A DNA stretch of 64,000 nt from Chloropicon primus (lineage: Eukaryota): positions 1,426,001-1,490,000 of the forward strand of contig CP060756.1 in NCBI GenBank assembly GCA_023205875.1, written 5' to 3'. A program made the translations under genes and the position numbers. Below the pieces are notes generated by a model, which was given only the letters and a program-made list of their open reading frames with translations, was not told the origin of the DNA and ran no database searches. Below are positions 1 to 10,194 of the stretch, in pieces (within the stretch, counting starts at the first letter, position 1; each line of letters starts with the position of its first letter).

Positions 1-12
1 TTCCGTCGCCAT

Positions 13-52
13 CTCTCTCTGTCTCTCTGTCTCTCTGTCTCTCTGTCTCTCT
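13..52. repeat. (CTCTCTGT)n microsatellite
   Basis: Tandem ctctctgt units visible directly. Confidence 0.85.
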
Positions 53-484
53 CCTTTGCTCCTTCGTGGCGTTTCTCGCGCTTTTGCCTTTTTTGGCGCT
101 CTGACGTCGTCGAGTCGAGTCGACTGCCTGGGACGGACAAAAACCAAAATCATGGGAAGTAATCTGACCTGGAAGCTCAGGATGGGGAGGGGAGAGGGGG
201 AGGGAGGGGGAGGACAAACACCGGAGTTTAGTTCCCAAAGGGAGGAGCGAACAAGAGCAAGTGAGAGGGATGAAAACCCTTGGACCACATGTTTATTATT
301 CACTTTTACGCAAACAAGAGCAGACACAGACACAAGGGAAAGAGAGGAGTCAGATCAGATCGGGTTCGCACACACCCACGCACGCACGCACGCACGCACA
401 TAAAAAAACAAGAGGCCCGTGGAGCTGAATTGCGATCTTTTTGCGGTCCCCAGCACGCTGCGCTGACGCAATCCCAAAAGGCAC

Positions 485-2185
485 TTACCCGTACATACAA
501 AAATGGCCGTGAATCCCCGTGGCCATCCAAAGCCTGTACACAAAATTTTCCGCCCGGATCGGGTGGGCGCTGCTCACTTTCATTCTCGGGATAAAGTACT
601 TGCCGCCCCCCGAGGAGAAGCCGTACATGTCGACCCTGTCGCAGACCCCGAGCCTCAGCAGCTCGATGATGGCCCTCACCCTGGTCACCCCCCCCGACGC
701 GTGCTGCTGCTTTTCCTTCCCGTACGCCCTGATCACCACGTGGATGTTCTTCGCCTCCTTGTACAGCTCGATCATTTGGTTGGCGTCCCTCCTCCACTGC
801 GAGAGGAAGGGCGCGCCGTACAGCAAGGGCTTCTTTCCCCCCGAGAGCTTGGCCGGGTTCAGCTCGTTTGGGATGTACTTGGGGAAAAGGTTGTAGGTGG
901 TCGGCGTCGTGTCCGGCGCGAACTCGGTCCCCAAGTAGTTCATCTTGTCGAACAGGCCGTCCGACCTGCTGCCCACGGCCTCCTGGAAGGGCTTGGTGAT
1001 TACGTTGTAGCGTATCACGAAGTCGTGCTCGTCAATCTCCTCGCCGAACTTCCCCTTGATCACGTTGTCCGCGTTTCCGACAACCGCGCAGGTTCCCAGC
1101 CTCAGCTTCTTGAAGTCCTCCAGCTTGCTCAGCTTCTCCTCCCACTTCATCTTGGACTTGACGAAGTAAGCCTTCTCGTACCACTGCCTGAGCTTCTTCG
1201 CCCCCGAGTTGTACGTCTCGTCAAAGCAGTCCTGGTGCAGGATGAGGCACGGGTACTTCTCAGCGGACACGTGGAGGATCTCCCTGGAGACGTTCAGGGG
1301 CAGGACCGCCCAATCTGGCGGAACCCTCTCGCCCCCCGTGGAAGCTCTATTCTTCTGCCTTTTCCTCCTCCTCCTCCTCAGGAGGGTCCTCCTGCCCGCG
1401 GGCGCCCCGGACGCGACGTCTTCCTTTGGCCGGGCGGCGTTGCCCTTTGGAGACTTGTAGCAGTACTCTGGAGGCTTGAGGGAACCGTCAAAGTCGTCCA
1501 CTACTTTTTGCACCTCTGGGTCCAGGACGATCTTCCGGCCGGCCTTGGACTCCTCCATGTGCTTCTTGATGGCCTGGTACTTCTTTTTCCGCTTCTTCTC
1601 CCTCTCCCTGTCGTACTTGTCAGTCGAACCGGTGGCCGCCCTGAACTCTCTCTCGAGCTTCTCCACCTCTCGCCTATCGAGTTCGTACTGTCTTCTCTCC
1701 TCGCCCGTCCTCCGCTGGTTCTCCGCCATGCGCTGCTTCCCCGCCTTGATCTCCTCCGCCAGCTTCGCTGCCTCCGCGCTCAGCTCCTTGGCCTCCTTGC
1801 CCCCACTGGCACTACTGGCGCTGTCCCCCTTGCTCTTCTTCTCCTTGTCCTTCTTCTTCTTCTTCTTCGTCGCCGCTGCCAAGGCCTCCTCCACCTCCTC
1901 CTTCCGTATCTCCTCCTCCACTTCGAACTCCACCAGCGCCGCTTCCGCGTTCACCAAGTCCCGCTTCACCTCCTTCTCCACCATGTCTCCCACCTTCACC
2001 ACCTCCTTCTCGGCCTGCACGGTTTTGGTAAACGCGGACCAGTCGCTCACCTGGTTCCCTATGAGCACCCCAAACAGCAAGAGTATGGTGACCAGAAGGG
2101 AATACATCTTGACCTTACTGACCTGCGCATTCTCACTCCTCTTCGTCTTCCTCCACTCGTGTTCCTCACACGGAGACCCCTCCAT
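485..2185 (-). CDS. Glycosyltransferase family 29 (sialyltransferase-like), type II membrane protein
   Basis: N-terminal TM (YSLLVTILLLFGVLIG), coiled-coil stem, sialylmotif L-like GTCAVVGNADNVIKGKFGEEIDEHDFVIRYN, motif S-like SGG...LGVCDRVDMYGF, VS-like HPIRAE. Confidence 0.85.
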   Translation of the reverse strand: MEGSPCEEHEWRKTKRSENAQVSKVKMYSLLVTILLLFGVLIGNQVSDWSAFTKTVQAEKEVVKVGDMVEKEVKRDLVNAEAALVEFEVEEEIRKEEVEEALAAATKKKKKKDKEKKSKGDSASSASGGKEAKELSAEAAKLAEEIKAGKQRMAENQRRTGEERRQYELDRREVEKLEREFRAATGSTDKYDREREKKRKKKYQAIKKHMEESKAGRKIVLDPEVQKVVDDFDGSLKPPEYCYKSPKGNAARPKEDVASGAPAGRRTLLRRRRRKRQKNRASTGGERVPPDWAVLPLNVSREILHVSAEKYPCLILHQDCFDETYNSGAKKLRQWYEKAYFVKSKMKWEEKLSKLEDFKKLRLGTCAVVGNADNVIKGKFGEEIDEHDFVIRYNVITKPFQEAVGSRSDGLFDKMNYLGTEFAPDTTPTTYNLFPKYIPNELNPAKLSGGKKPLLYGAPFLSQWRRDANQMIELYKEAKNIHVVIRAYGKEKQQHASGGVTRVRAIIELLRLGVCDRVDMYGFSSGGGKYFIPRMKVSSAHPIRAENFVYRLWMATGIHGHFCMYG

Positions 2186-2423
2186 CTTGCTTCAAGGCCC
2201 CCAAGATGATCCTGCGGATCTTGTCTTGGTCAGTGTCCCCCGTCGGTTTGTGGACCACAACAACGACAGGACAGGACAGGACCGAGCGGAGGGGAAGAGG
2301 GAGGGGAAGGGGAAGGGGAAGGGGAAGGGGAAGGGACTCCTTATCGTATCGTATCGTATCGTATCGCATCGTGTTGTGTTGTGTCTTGTTTGGTGGGTGG
2401 GGAAGGGAAGAGCGGGAGGAAGG

Positions 2424-3776
2424 ATGGGTGTGCTGCAGGGAGGGGGGTGGATGTCGAAGAGGGGAGGGGGAGGACAGTGCCGGTGTCGGTGCCGGTGTCG
2501 CTCGAGGGGGTCTGTCACGGCTCGAGCCGAGACGAGCGGGAGGGGATCGGGGGGAGAGAAGACACGAAAGGTCGTTGTGCTAGGGGGCGCAGGGAGGGTG
2601 GGGAGCGCAACCGCGGCTGCGATTTTGAGGGAGAGGGAGAACGACGCCAACCTCGCGGGGACGCGGGTCGTTCTGGCGGGGAGGAGGCCGAGGGAGGAGG
2701 CCTTCGCGTCCCTCCCGCCAGAGCTCACCGGCAGAGTCTCGTACGAGCGTTGCGACATCGGGGACCCTGCGAGTCTCGACCGCCTCCTCGCGGCCCAGGG
2801 CGGCGAAGACTGCGCGCTCGTGATCCACGCGGCCGGGCCGTTCCAGCAGACGGAGTCGTGCCCCGTCCTCGAGGCGGCGATCAGGAACAAGACAGGGGGC
2901 TACATCGACGTGTGCGACGATGCCGAGCACACCAGGAGAGCCAAGGCGGACCTGGGCGCGAGGGCTCGGGACAGGGGAGTCCCCGCGGTCGTGAGCTGCG
3001 GGGTGTACCCAGGCCTCTCCAACGTGATGGCTTCTTTCATGTGCGAGGAAGGCACGCCCTTCCCCGAGAGCAAGCCCAAGAAAGTGCGTTTCTCGTACTT
3101 TACCGCGGGTTCTGGCGGGGTGGGAGCGACCATCTTGGCCACCAGCATTCTCCTCCTGGGGGAGCGCGCGACGCAGTTCGTCGAGGGGGAGCGACGTGAC
3201 GTGGAGACCTACTCGGAGAGGAATGTCGTGGAGTTCGGTCAGAAGCTGGGGAAGAGGGAGGTCTTCAACCTGAACTTGCCAGAAGTGTTTACGGCCCACG
3301 AGGTGCTGGGTGTTCCGAACGTGAGCGCTTACTTTGGAACTTCCCCTGGCGTATGGAACTTCATGATGGGGTTGATGGCAAGTTTCCTGCCCGAGAGCCT
3401 CCTGACCAGCAGGGCTTTCGCCAACGGGTTGGCTCAGCTCCTGATGCCGCTGGTCGTCGCGGTGGACAACCTCGTGGGGAAGACCACCGCCATGAGGATT
3501 GACGTCAAGTACGACAATGACAAGACGAGCTCGAGCCTCTTCGTCCATCCAGACACTGCGTACACCGCGGGGACTTCGACAGCGGCGTTCGCTGCCGCTG
3601 TTTTGAGCGGGACGGTCCCTCCGGGGGTGCACTACCCGGAGGAGAGGTGCGTGGTCCAGGACTACGAGTCCTTCTTCAAGCTCAGCTCATCGAAAGCTCA
3701 GGCCTTTTTGGTGGCGCAAGCCCCGTGGAGGCTGGAGCAAGTCGGGGTCAGAATCGGAATGGGCATGTACCTGTGA
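2424..3776 (+). CDS. Saccharopine dehydrogenase-like NAD(P)-binding oxidoreductase, probably plastid-targeted
   Basis: Rossmann motif VVVLGGAGRVG, HAAGPF, YIDVCDD, GVYPGLSN, YFTAGSGGVG; ATG 2424 is in frame with ORF 1476..3776; Arg/Ser-rich transit-like N-terminus. Confidence 0.85.
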   Translation: MGVLQGGGWMSKRGGGGQCRCRCRCRSRGSVTARAETSGRGSGGEKTRKVVVLGGAGRVGSATAAAILRERENDANLAGTRVVLAGRRPREEAFASLPPELTGRVSYERCDIGDPASLDRLLAAQGGEDCALVIHAAGPFQQTESCPVLEAAIRNKTGGYIDVCDDAEHTRRAKADLGARARDRGVPAVVSCGVYPGLSNVMASFMCEEGTPFPESKPKKVRFSYFTAGSGGVGATILATSILLLGERATQFVEGERRDVETYSERNVVEFGQKLGKREVFNLNLPEVFTAHEVLGVPNVSAYFGTSPGVWNFMMGLMASFLPESLLTSRAFANGLAQLLMPLVVAVDNLVGKTTAMRIDVKYDNDKTSSSLFVHPDTAYTAGTSTAAFAAAVLSGTVPPGVHYPEERCVVQDYESFFKLSSSKAQAFLVAQAPWRLEQVGVRIGMGMYL

Positions 3777-4012
3777 GGAAATCGCGGCAGGCACAAAGAA
3801 GGTTGTGACCAATGCACTTTCCGCGAACCTTTATATCACGCGCCACCAGTGTTTTTTGTACAAAGAAGGGGAGATGGATCATAGTCCTGTTCCAGATCAC
3901 ACATGTCATATCACATCATCATATCATATCATATACATCATATCCATTATACACACGACACCGCCGACACCTCTTGTTCCACGGTCTCCTCTCTGCCATT
4001 TCAAGAGAGTCA

Positions 4013-4903
4013 TCACAGGAAGTCGTCGTCATAACTGATCAGGTTTCTGTTCCCGTCCGCGCCCCCTTGGCCGGACTGCTGCACAGGTTTCGGAGGCGAC
4101 GCTTTTGCTGGTGCTGGCCCTTCTCCTACTGCCCCCGCTGCCCCCGTGTCCGACACCCCCAGGAGCTCGTCTTCCTTGGACCAGTTAATAAACAGCTCCA
4201 CGCCGTCCCGCAGTTTCGGAGGGGCCTTGCCCAACTTTGACATGTCCACTATCCTTCTCGCCACTTGAGCGTCGTCAAAAGTCACAAAGCAGTACTTGTT
4301 CCTGTTGATGCGGGGGCCTGGGCCCGCGCCCGGGCTCTCCCTCTTCTGCTTCTTGTCCGAACCCATCAACAACATGTTTGAGATCGAGCCGTATCGCTCG
4401 AACAGGGCACCAAGCTCAGCCTCGTCGCAGTCGAAAGGCAGGTTGGACACGTAAATCGTGGCAGACTTCGCAGCCAGGGCAGGTGCTGGCGCCGTTGCCT
4501 GGGCCGGCCTGTCCCGCTTCGGCCTCTTCGAGGGCGTCAGTCGAGTCGGAGCCCCGGAGGAGGAGCCCAGTTGCTGCGAGCTCGAGTTCCTTGGCAGACC
4601 AGCCCCAGCGAGCGACTTGGCCTTGGCCAAAGTCGCCTTCCTCTCCGCCTGCGCCTCCGCCCGCGCCTTAGCCTCGGCCGCGAGCACCCTCTTCGCCTTC
4701 TCGAGCGGGTTGAGCGGGGCCTCGCCCTCGTTGTCGCTCACCTTGAACTTGAGATTCATGGTCGGCTGCTTGATCGTCACCCTCTTCCGAGAGTACTTGA
4801 GGTGGTAGTCCCGCGTGGTCTGCATGTTTTGCACGCTGACCTCCCTAAGCAAGGCGTACTTGGCCCGCAACAGGCCCTCCGCTTCCGTCTCTTTCTGCCC
4901 CAT
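4013..4903 (-). CDS. RRM RNA-binding protein, NELF-E-like
   Basis: RNP2 IYVSNL and RNP1 KYCFVTF; N-terminal TEAEGLLRAKYALLR and C-terminal RNLISYDDDFL resemble NELF-E termini (see findings). Confidence 0.8.
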   Translation of the reverse strand: MGQKETEAEGLLRAKYALLREVSVQNMQTTRDYHLKYSRKRVTIKQPTMNLKFKVSDNEGEAPLNPLEKAKRVLAAEAKARAEAQAERKATLAKAKSLAGAGLPRNSSSQQLGSSSGAPTRLTPSKRPKRDRPAQATAPAPALAAKSATIYVSNLPFDCDEAELGALFERYGSISNMLLMGSDKKQKRESPGAGPGPRINRNKYCFVTFDDAQVARRIVDMSKLGKAPPKLRDGVELFINWSKEDELLGVSDTGAAGAVGEGPAPAKASPPKPVQQSGQGGADGNRNLISYDDDFL

Positions 4904-5178
4904 CGCGATCGAATCGATATCGATCGAGCTCCCCTCCCTCCCCCCACCGACGACGACGACAGACGCCTCCTCTTCTCTCTGGCCTCGACCTCGAGGGGGG
5001 GGAAGGGGTGCAGGAAGGAAGGGAAGGGTTGGGAGAGGGGCGAGAATGCCGTGCTACAAGCGGAAGGTCACCGGTGGTGTGCGAGAGGGTGTTGCTTGGC
5101 TTGGTTTTAGGACGTACGTGCCACGTCACCATCTCATATTACTACAGGACACATCATATCAAGTTTCAAGTTTCAAGG

Positions 5179-6160
<982 letters not shown>

Positions 6161-6574
6161 GTTTCCTCTCTTCTCCTCTCTGCGCTCGACCTCCCCTTCC
6201 TTCCGTCCTGTCCTTCTTCGCTCCCTTCCCCTTCCCTCAAAACCCTCGACATCGAGATCATCATCGAGTCACCCACAGATCATGGTCTCGAGGGCAGGGA
6301 GGAGGACTCGTGGAGGGGGTGGGGGGCAATGCCTAATGCCTGGCCCGGGGCGGGTTCTGGGGAGGGGAGCGTCCAAGGAAGGGACCCTTGCACTCGTTTG
6401 CCAAGACTCAAAACCAAGCGTGGGGGATCGAACTACATGTAAAAAGCGAAACTTAACATGGGCCGCAAGGGCACGTCATCTGGTATCAGAGGGAGCCCAG
6501 CAAAGACCGATGCGTGCCAGACAAGAATCAAGGAGAATCTCGAGTGGCCGCAACATCTTATGCCCCTCACCACT

Positions 6575-6607
<33 letters not shown>

Positions 6608-6609
<2 letters not shown>

Positions 6610-7316
6610 AGGAAAGCTGGTCGTACACAAAGTTCTGCAGCTTGATGTCCTCGTCCACGGCGAAGGCCTTCGCCTTCTCCAAAATAGGCATGATCTCCTT
6701 CTCCTTGACCTCGCTCTCCATGTAGCCTGTGCATTGCCGAAGGAAGGGAAAGGGTGGGTGGGTCAGGAGCCACGAAAAGCGCGGAAGAGAGAGCAGGCTC
6801 CCTGCGTGTCTCCCCCTCGTGCTGTGTGCAAACGACGACGACTCACCTTCGAGAGCAGAAACGGAGTCAAAGACCATGACGGACTTGAAGTCCCAGTAGC
6901 TCTTGCAGATCATCCTGGTCGCCCCAACGTACCCTGGGACTCCCTTCTTCATGACCTTGTCGGCCTCATCCAACAGCTTGTCCATCTCGACACCAGCAGC
7001 CTCGTCAGGGACCTTGCATTGAACCATGCGGCAGACCTGAGGGATTGAGGGGCAAGAAGGGGAGAGGGTCAGGTTTCATACGAGCGGGGCGCGTAGGTCA
7101 GCAGGCACGCACTCGGTCGGGCGCGATCGGTCGGGAGCGCGCGTCCGTTGGAGAGGAGATCCTCTCGATCCCCCACCCCAAAGTTTTTTTTTTACTCACT
7201 TTGTTGACGGGAATCTCCGCGTAAGCCCTGACGGACTGCCTCTGCTGCGCCCTGTGGGCAACGGCTCCCCTGAGAGAAAGGGACTTTCTCGCGGCACGCA
7301 AGGTTGTTGGAAGCAT
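6608..7316 (-). CDS. Small hypothetical protein with organellar-targeting-like N-terminus, 3 exons: 7316-7200, 7036-6847, 6726-6608
   Basis: GTGAGT donors and CAG acceptors join in frame; Arg/Ala/Ser-rich presequence; mature part has coding-like composition. Confidence 0.65.
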
Positions 7317-7506
7317 CGTCTCTGGAAGCGTTGTCAAACTCTCTCTCTCTCTCTCTTTATCCTTCGCTCGTCAAGGGGTTTTGTTTTTGGGCTCGCTTCC
7401 AGATTTTTTGTGGAGGGACATGGACATGGGGGAGGAGGATAGCTTGTCTGTCTTGTCTTTGCATGATTGTTTGTGAAGTGCCTGGATTTTGATTACAAGG
7501 GTGGCA

Positions 7507-9054
7507 TTATACGTCGTCCTCCTGCTCTTCCTTGTTACCAGGAAACATGAAGTTAGTCGCACCATCATAACTTTGCGAGAGAGGATACGTCATCCTCCTG
7601 GTGGCGTGCCAAACCGCTGGTGGCGTGCCAAACGGAGTGAGGTTTGGCGTGGGGTGGATCTGCTGGCCCCCCATGACCGCCTGGCAGGCCGCCGCGTGGG
7701 CCTGGGCGTGAATCATCTCCATCCTGACCCTCTGCTGGTGCTGCTGCGCCACGAAACCAGTCGCGTCAAATACATCCCCACTGCTACTAGCCGAGAACGC
7801 CCTCGTCCTGGCAGCCACCGGGAGCTGCGTCGCGCCGGAGGGCCAGAAGTGCCCCCTCGGAACTTCGGGCTGCGGCACGAAGGGCTCGGTCCACTCCGCG
7901 CCCGTGATGAAGGGGTGCTGCATCGCTTGCCTCGGAGTCCACCTCCGGTGGGGGTCGAGCGTCAGCAAGCCGCCGAGGAAATCCAGGAAGGCCTGCCTCC
8001 TCCTCTGCTCCTTCTCCAAGGCCCCCGGCTCGTTGCTGCACCTCATGGGGTAGGACCCGATAATATCCGCCAGCTTCGTCTTCGTGAAGTAGCACTTCCC
8101 GGGTTTGTGGCTGGAGTTGCTGGACGCCTCGTACTCCTCCTCGGTCATCAGCTGATACGTCCCGTTCTCGTGGTCCACCTTGAAGTACTTGCCCGTGTTC
8201 TTGGAGAACCTCAGCATGTTTTCCATAGGATGCCCCAGCATCTCAATTATCCTGGAAAGCAGGTCGTATTCTGAAGCCCCCGGGAAGAGCGGCAGCCCGA
8301 GGAAAAGCTCCGCGGCTATGCACCCCAGCGACCACATGTCGATCGAGAACGTGTACGGGTAGCCCAGGACCACCTCGATGGACCTGTAGAACCTGCTCTG
8401 GATGTACGAGTACACGGTGTGGTCGCTGAAGCAGGCGGACCCGAAGTCGATCACCTTGACCGCCGCGCTCTCGTGGGGGTTCTCCAAGAGTATGTTCTCC
8501 GGCTTCAGGTCGCAGTGTATGACCCCGGCGTCCCTCAACGCGATGAGCGCTGTCAGTATCTGCGACACGAGCGCCCTCACCAGGTTCAGCGACAGCCCGT
8601 GGAAGTGGTTCATCTTCAGCAGCTCGTACAAGTTGTCGTGCAGCAGCTCGAAGGAGATGCACAGGTGGTTCTTAAATTTACAGAAGTCAAGCATCCTGAC
8701 AATGTGGTGCTTGTTCTCCAGGTCGTACTGGCTGTTCAAGTACTGCAAGATCGCTATCTCCATCCTGGCCTGGTGAAAGTACGCGGGCTGGTTCTTGATG
8801 ACCTTGACAGCGACGTGCTTCCCCGTCTCGCTGCAGGTGCACCGAACCACTTGCCCGAACGTCCCGTGCCCCAAAATTCCATCGATGTGGTACCGCTTCC
8901 CATTTATCAAGATCTCGTCTCCCTGGTAAAGAATCAGGTCCGAGTTCTCGTTGTCCCAGTCCTCGTTCGCCACCGGGACCGAGGGCTGCGTCAGCGCCCT
9001 CCGATCCTCAAGGCCCTCCTCGTCGTGGTGGTGGTCAGCGTCGTCCACCTGCAT
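7507..9054 (-). CDS. YAK1: DYRK-family dual-specificity kinase, YAK1 subfamily
   Basis: DNENSDLILY, GHGTFGQV, VAVKVIKNQPAY, HCDLKPENIL, DFGSAC, YSYIQSRFYR. Confidence 0.9.
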   Translation of the reverse strand: MQVDDADHHHDEEGLEDRRALTQPSVPVANEDWDNENSDLILYQGDEILINGKRYHIDGILGHGTFGQVVRCTCSETGKHVAVKVIKNQPAYFHQARMEIAILQYLNSQYDLENKHHIVRMLDFCKFKNHLCISFELLHDNLYELLKMNHFHGLSLNLVRALVSQILTALIALRDAGVIHCDLKPENILLENPHESAAVKVIDFGSACFSDHTVYSYIQSRFYRSIEVVLGYPYTFSIDMWSLGCIAAELFLGLPLFPGASEYDLLSRIIEMLGHPMENMLRFSKNTGKYFKVDHENGTYQLMTEEEYEASSNSSHKPGKCYFTKTKLADIIGSYPMRCSNEPGALEKEQRRRQAFLDFLGGLLTLDPHRRWTPRQAMQHPFITGAEWTEPFVPQPEVPRGHFWPSGATQLPVAARTRAFSASSSGDVFDATGFVAQQHQQRVRMEMIHAQAHAAACQAVMGGQQIHPTPNLTPFGTPPAVWHATRRMTYPLSQSYDGATNFMFPGNKEEQEDDV

Positions 9055-10194
9055 CCTCCTTCTCTAACGCGCGTGTAAAAAAACAGTGTGAAACCCAACC
9101 CAATTGGTTCACATCTCTACGAACAACCTCTGCCCCATCCACAGTCCGTCCCCCGGAGAGTCCCGTCACGTGTCCCTCTTCTCTCGTTCGTTCGTTTGTT
9201 CCTCCTCCTCGAAAGGGAAGGTCGTGGTGTGTGTGTGCGAGTCCCCTTGGAAGGAACACCAGTCGCCCCGCAACGCTTCACTCCCCGATCTCCCTCCGTG
9301 TTCCAGCCCCTCTCTCGCGCGTTGCGTTCCCCCCTCTCTCGCGCCGTCCTTCGGTGCGCGTTGGTCTGGTCTCTCTCCCTCTCTCTCTTCTCTCGAGTCG
9401 ATCGGATCGCGTCCGTCCCCCACTAGGCCCTGGGGCGCCAAAAATCCCCCGTGGCCTCGTCGTGCCTGGCGGGAAGAGGAAGAGGAAGAGGAAGAGGAAG
9501 AGGAAGAGGAAGAAGAACCGTCAAGGGGGAAACGTCAGGGGGAAAGGGAAGGGGATTGTACAAGAAGACAAGGAAGACAAGACAAGACAAGACAAGACAT
9601 CGAGGAGAAAAGACAAAGACGTACGAAGGCAATGGCCTGACAATGGCTTGGCTTGGCTTGGCTTGGAGAACAACAAGAACAAGGGAGGGGGAAGAAAAGA
9701 AAAGAAACGAAAAGAAACGAAAAGAAAAGAAAAAATGTGGTGTGCGAAGCGTGCAAGACACGGAGCAATGCAGCAACAAGAAGAATGTTCTTTGCAAACG
9801 AGAATAAGTCATTGCAAAGAAGAAAAGAAAAGACTTTTTTTTTCTTCTGTTTTTGCTTGTGTTTCCTCCCAAGCCCAGACAGAAGAACAAAAAAAGGGAA
9901 GAAAAGAAAAGAAAAGAAAAGAAAAGAAGAAGGGTGGAGGATTAGTGAATAGAGTAGAACAGAAAACCTTTCTTTCCCCTTTCTGTTTTCTTCCCCCCCT
10001 TCGTTGCTTCTGCCTCCTTGCCTCGGGCCTCGGGGTCTTGAAATTTTCCTACCGAAATTTCTCCCTCCAAAAGCAAAAGCAAAAGAGAAAAAGAAAGAGA
10101 GCAGGTAAGAGCGAGGCAGGCGATTGGATCGATCGTCGATCGCGCTTGGCCGAGGCAGGCTAGGGTACACCTTGGCGGAGGAGGGCAAGACGCC

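Noticed and set aside
503..2209. Long antisense or alternate-frame ORFs (e.g. 503..2209 +, 25661..28966 -, 37182..38705 -, 40091..41566 +, 54478..55995 +, 62539..63801 -)
   Set aside because: They shadow well-supported genes on the opposite strand; high GC3 codon bias suppresses antisense stops, and the translations are L/V/H/G/P-biased without motifs
9460..10190. K/R/E-rich ORFs and repeats upstream of YAK1 and FAS2
   Set aside because: Purine-rich microsatellites (gaggaa, gaaaa, gacaa) in UTR/intergenic DNA, not coding
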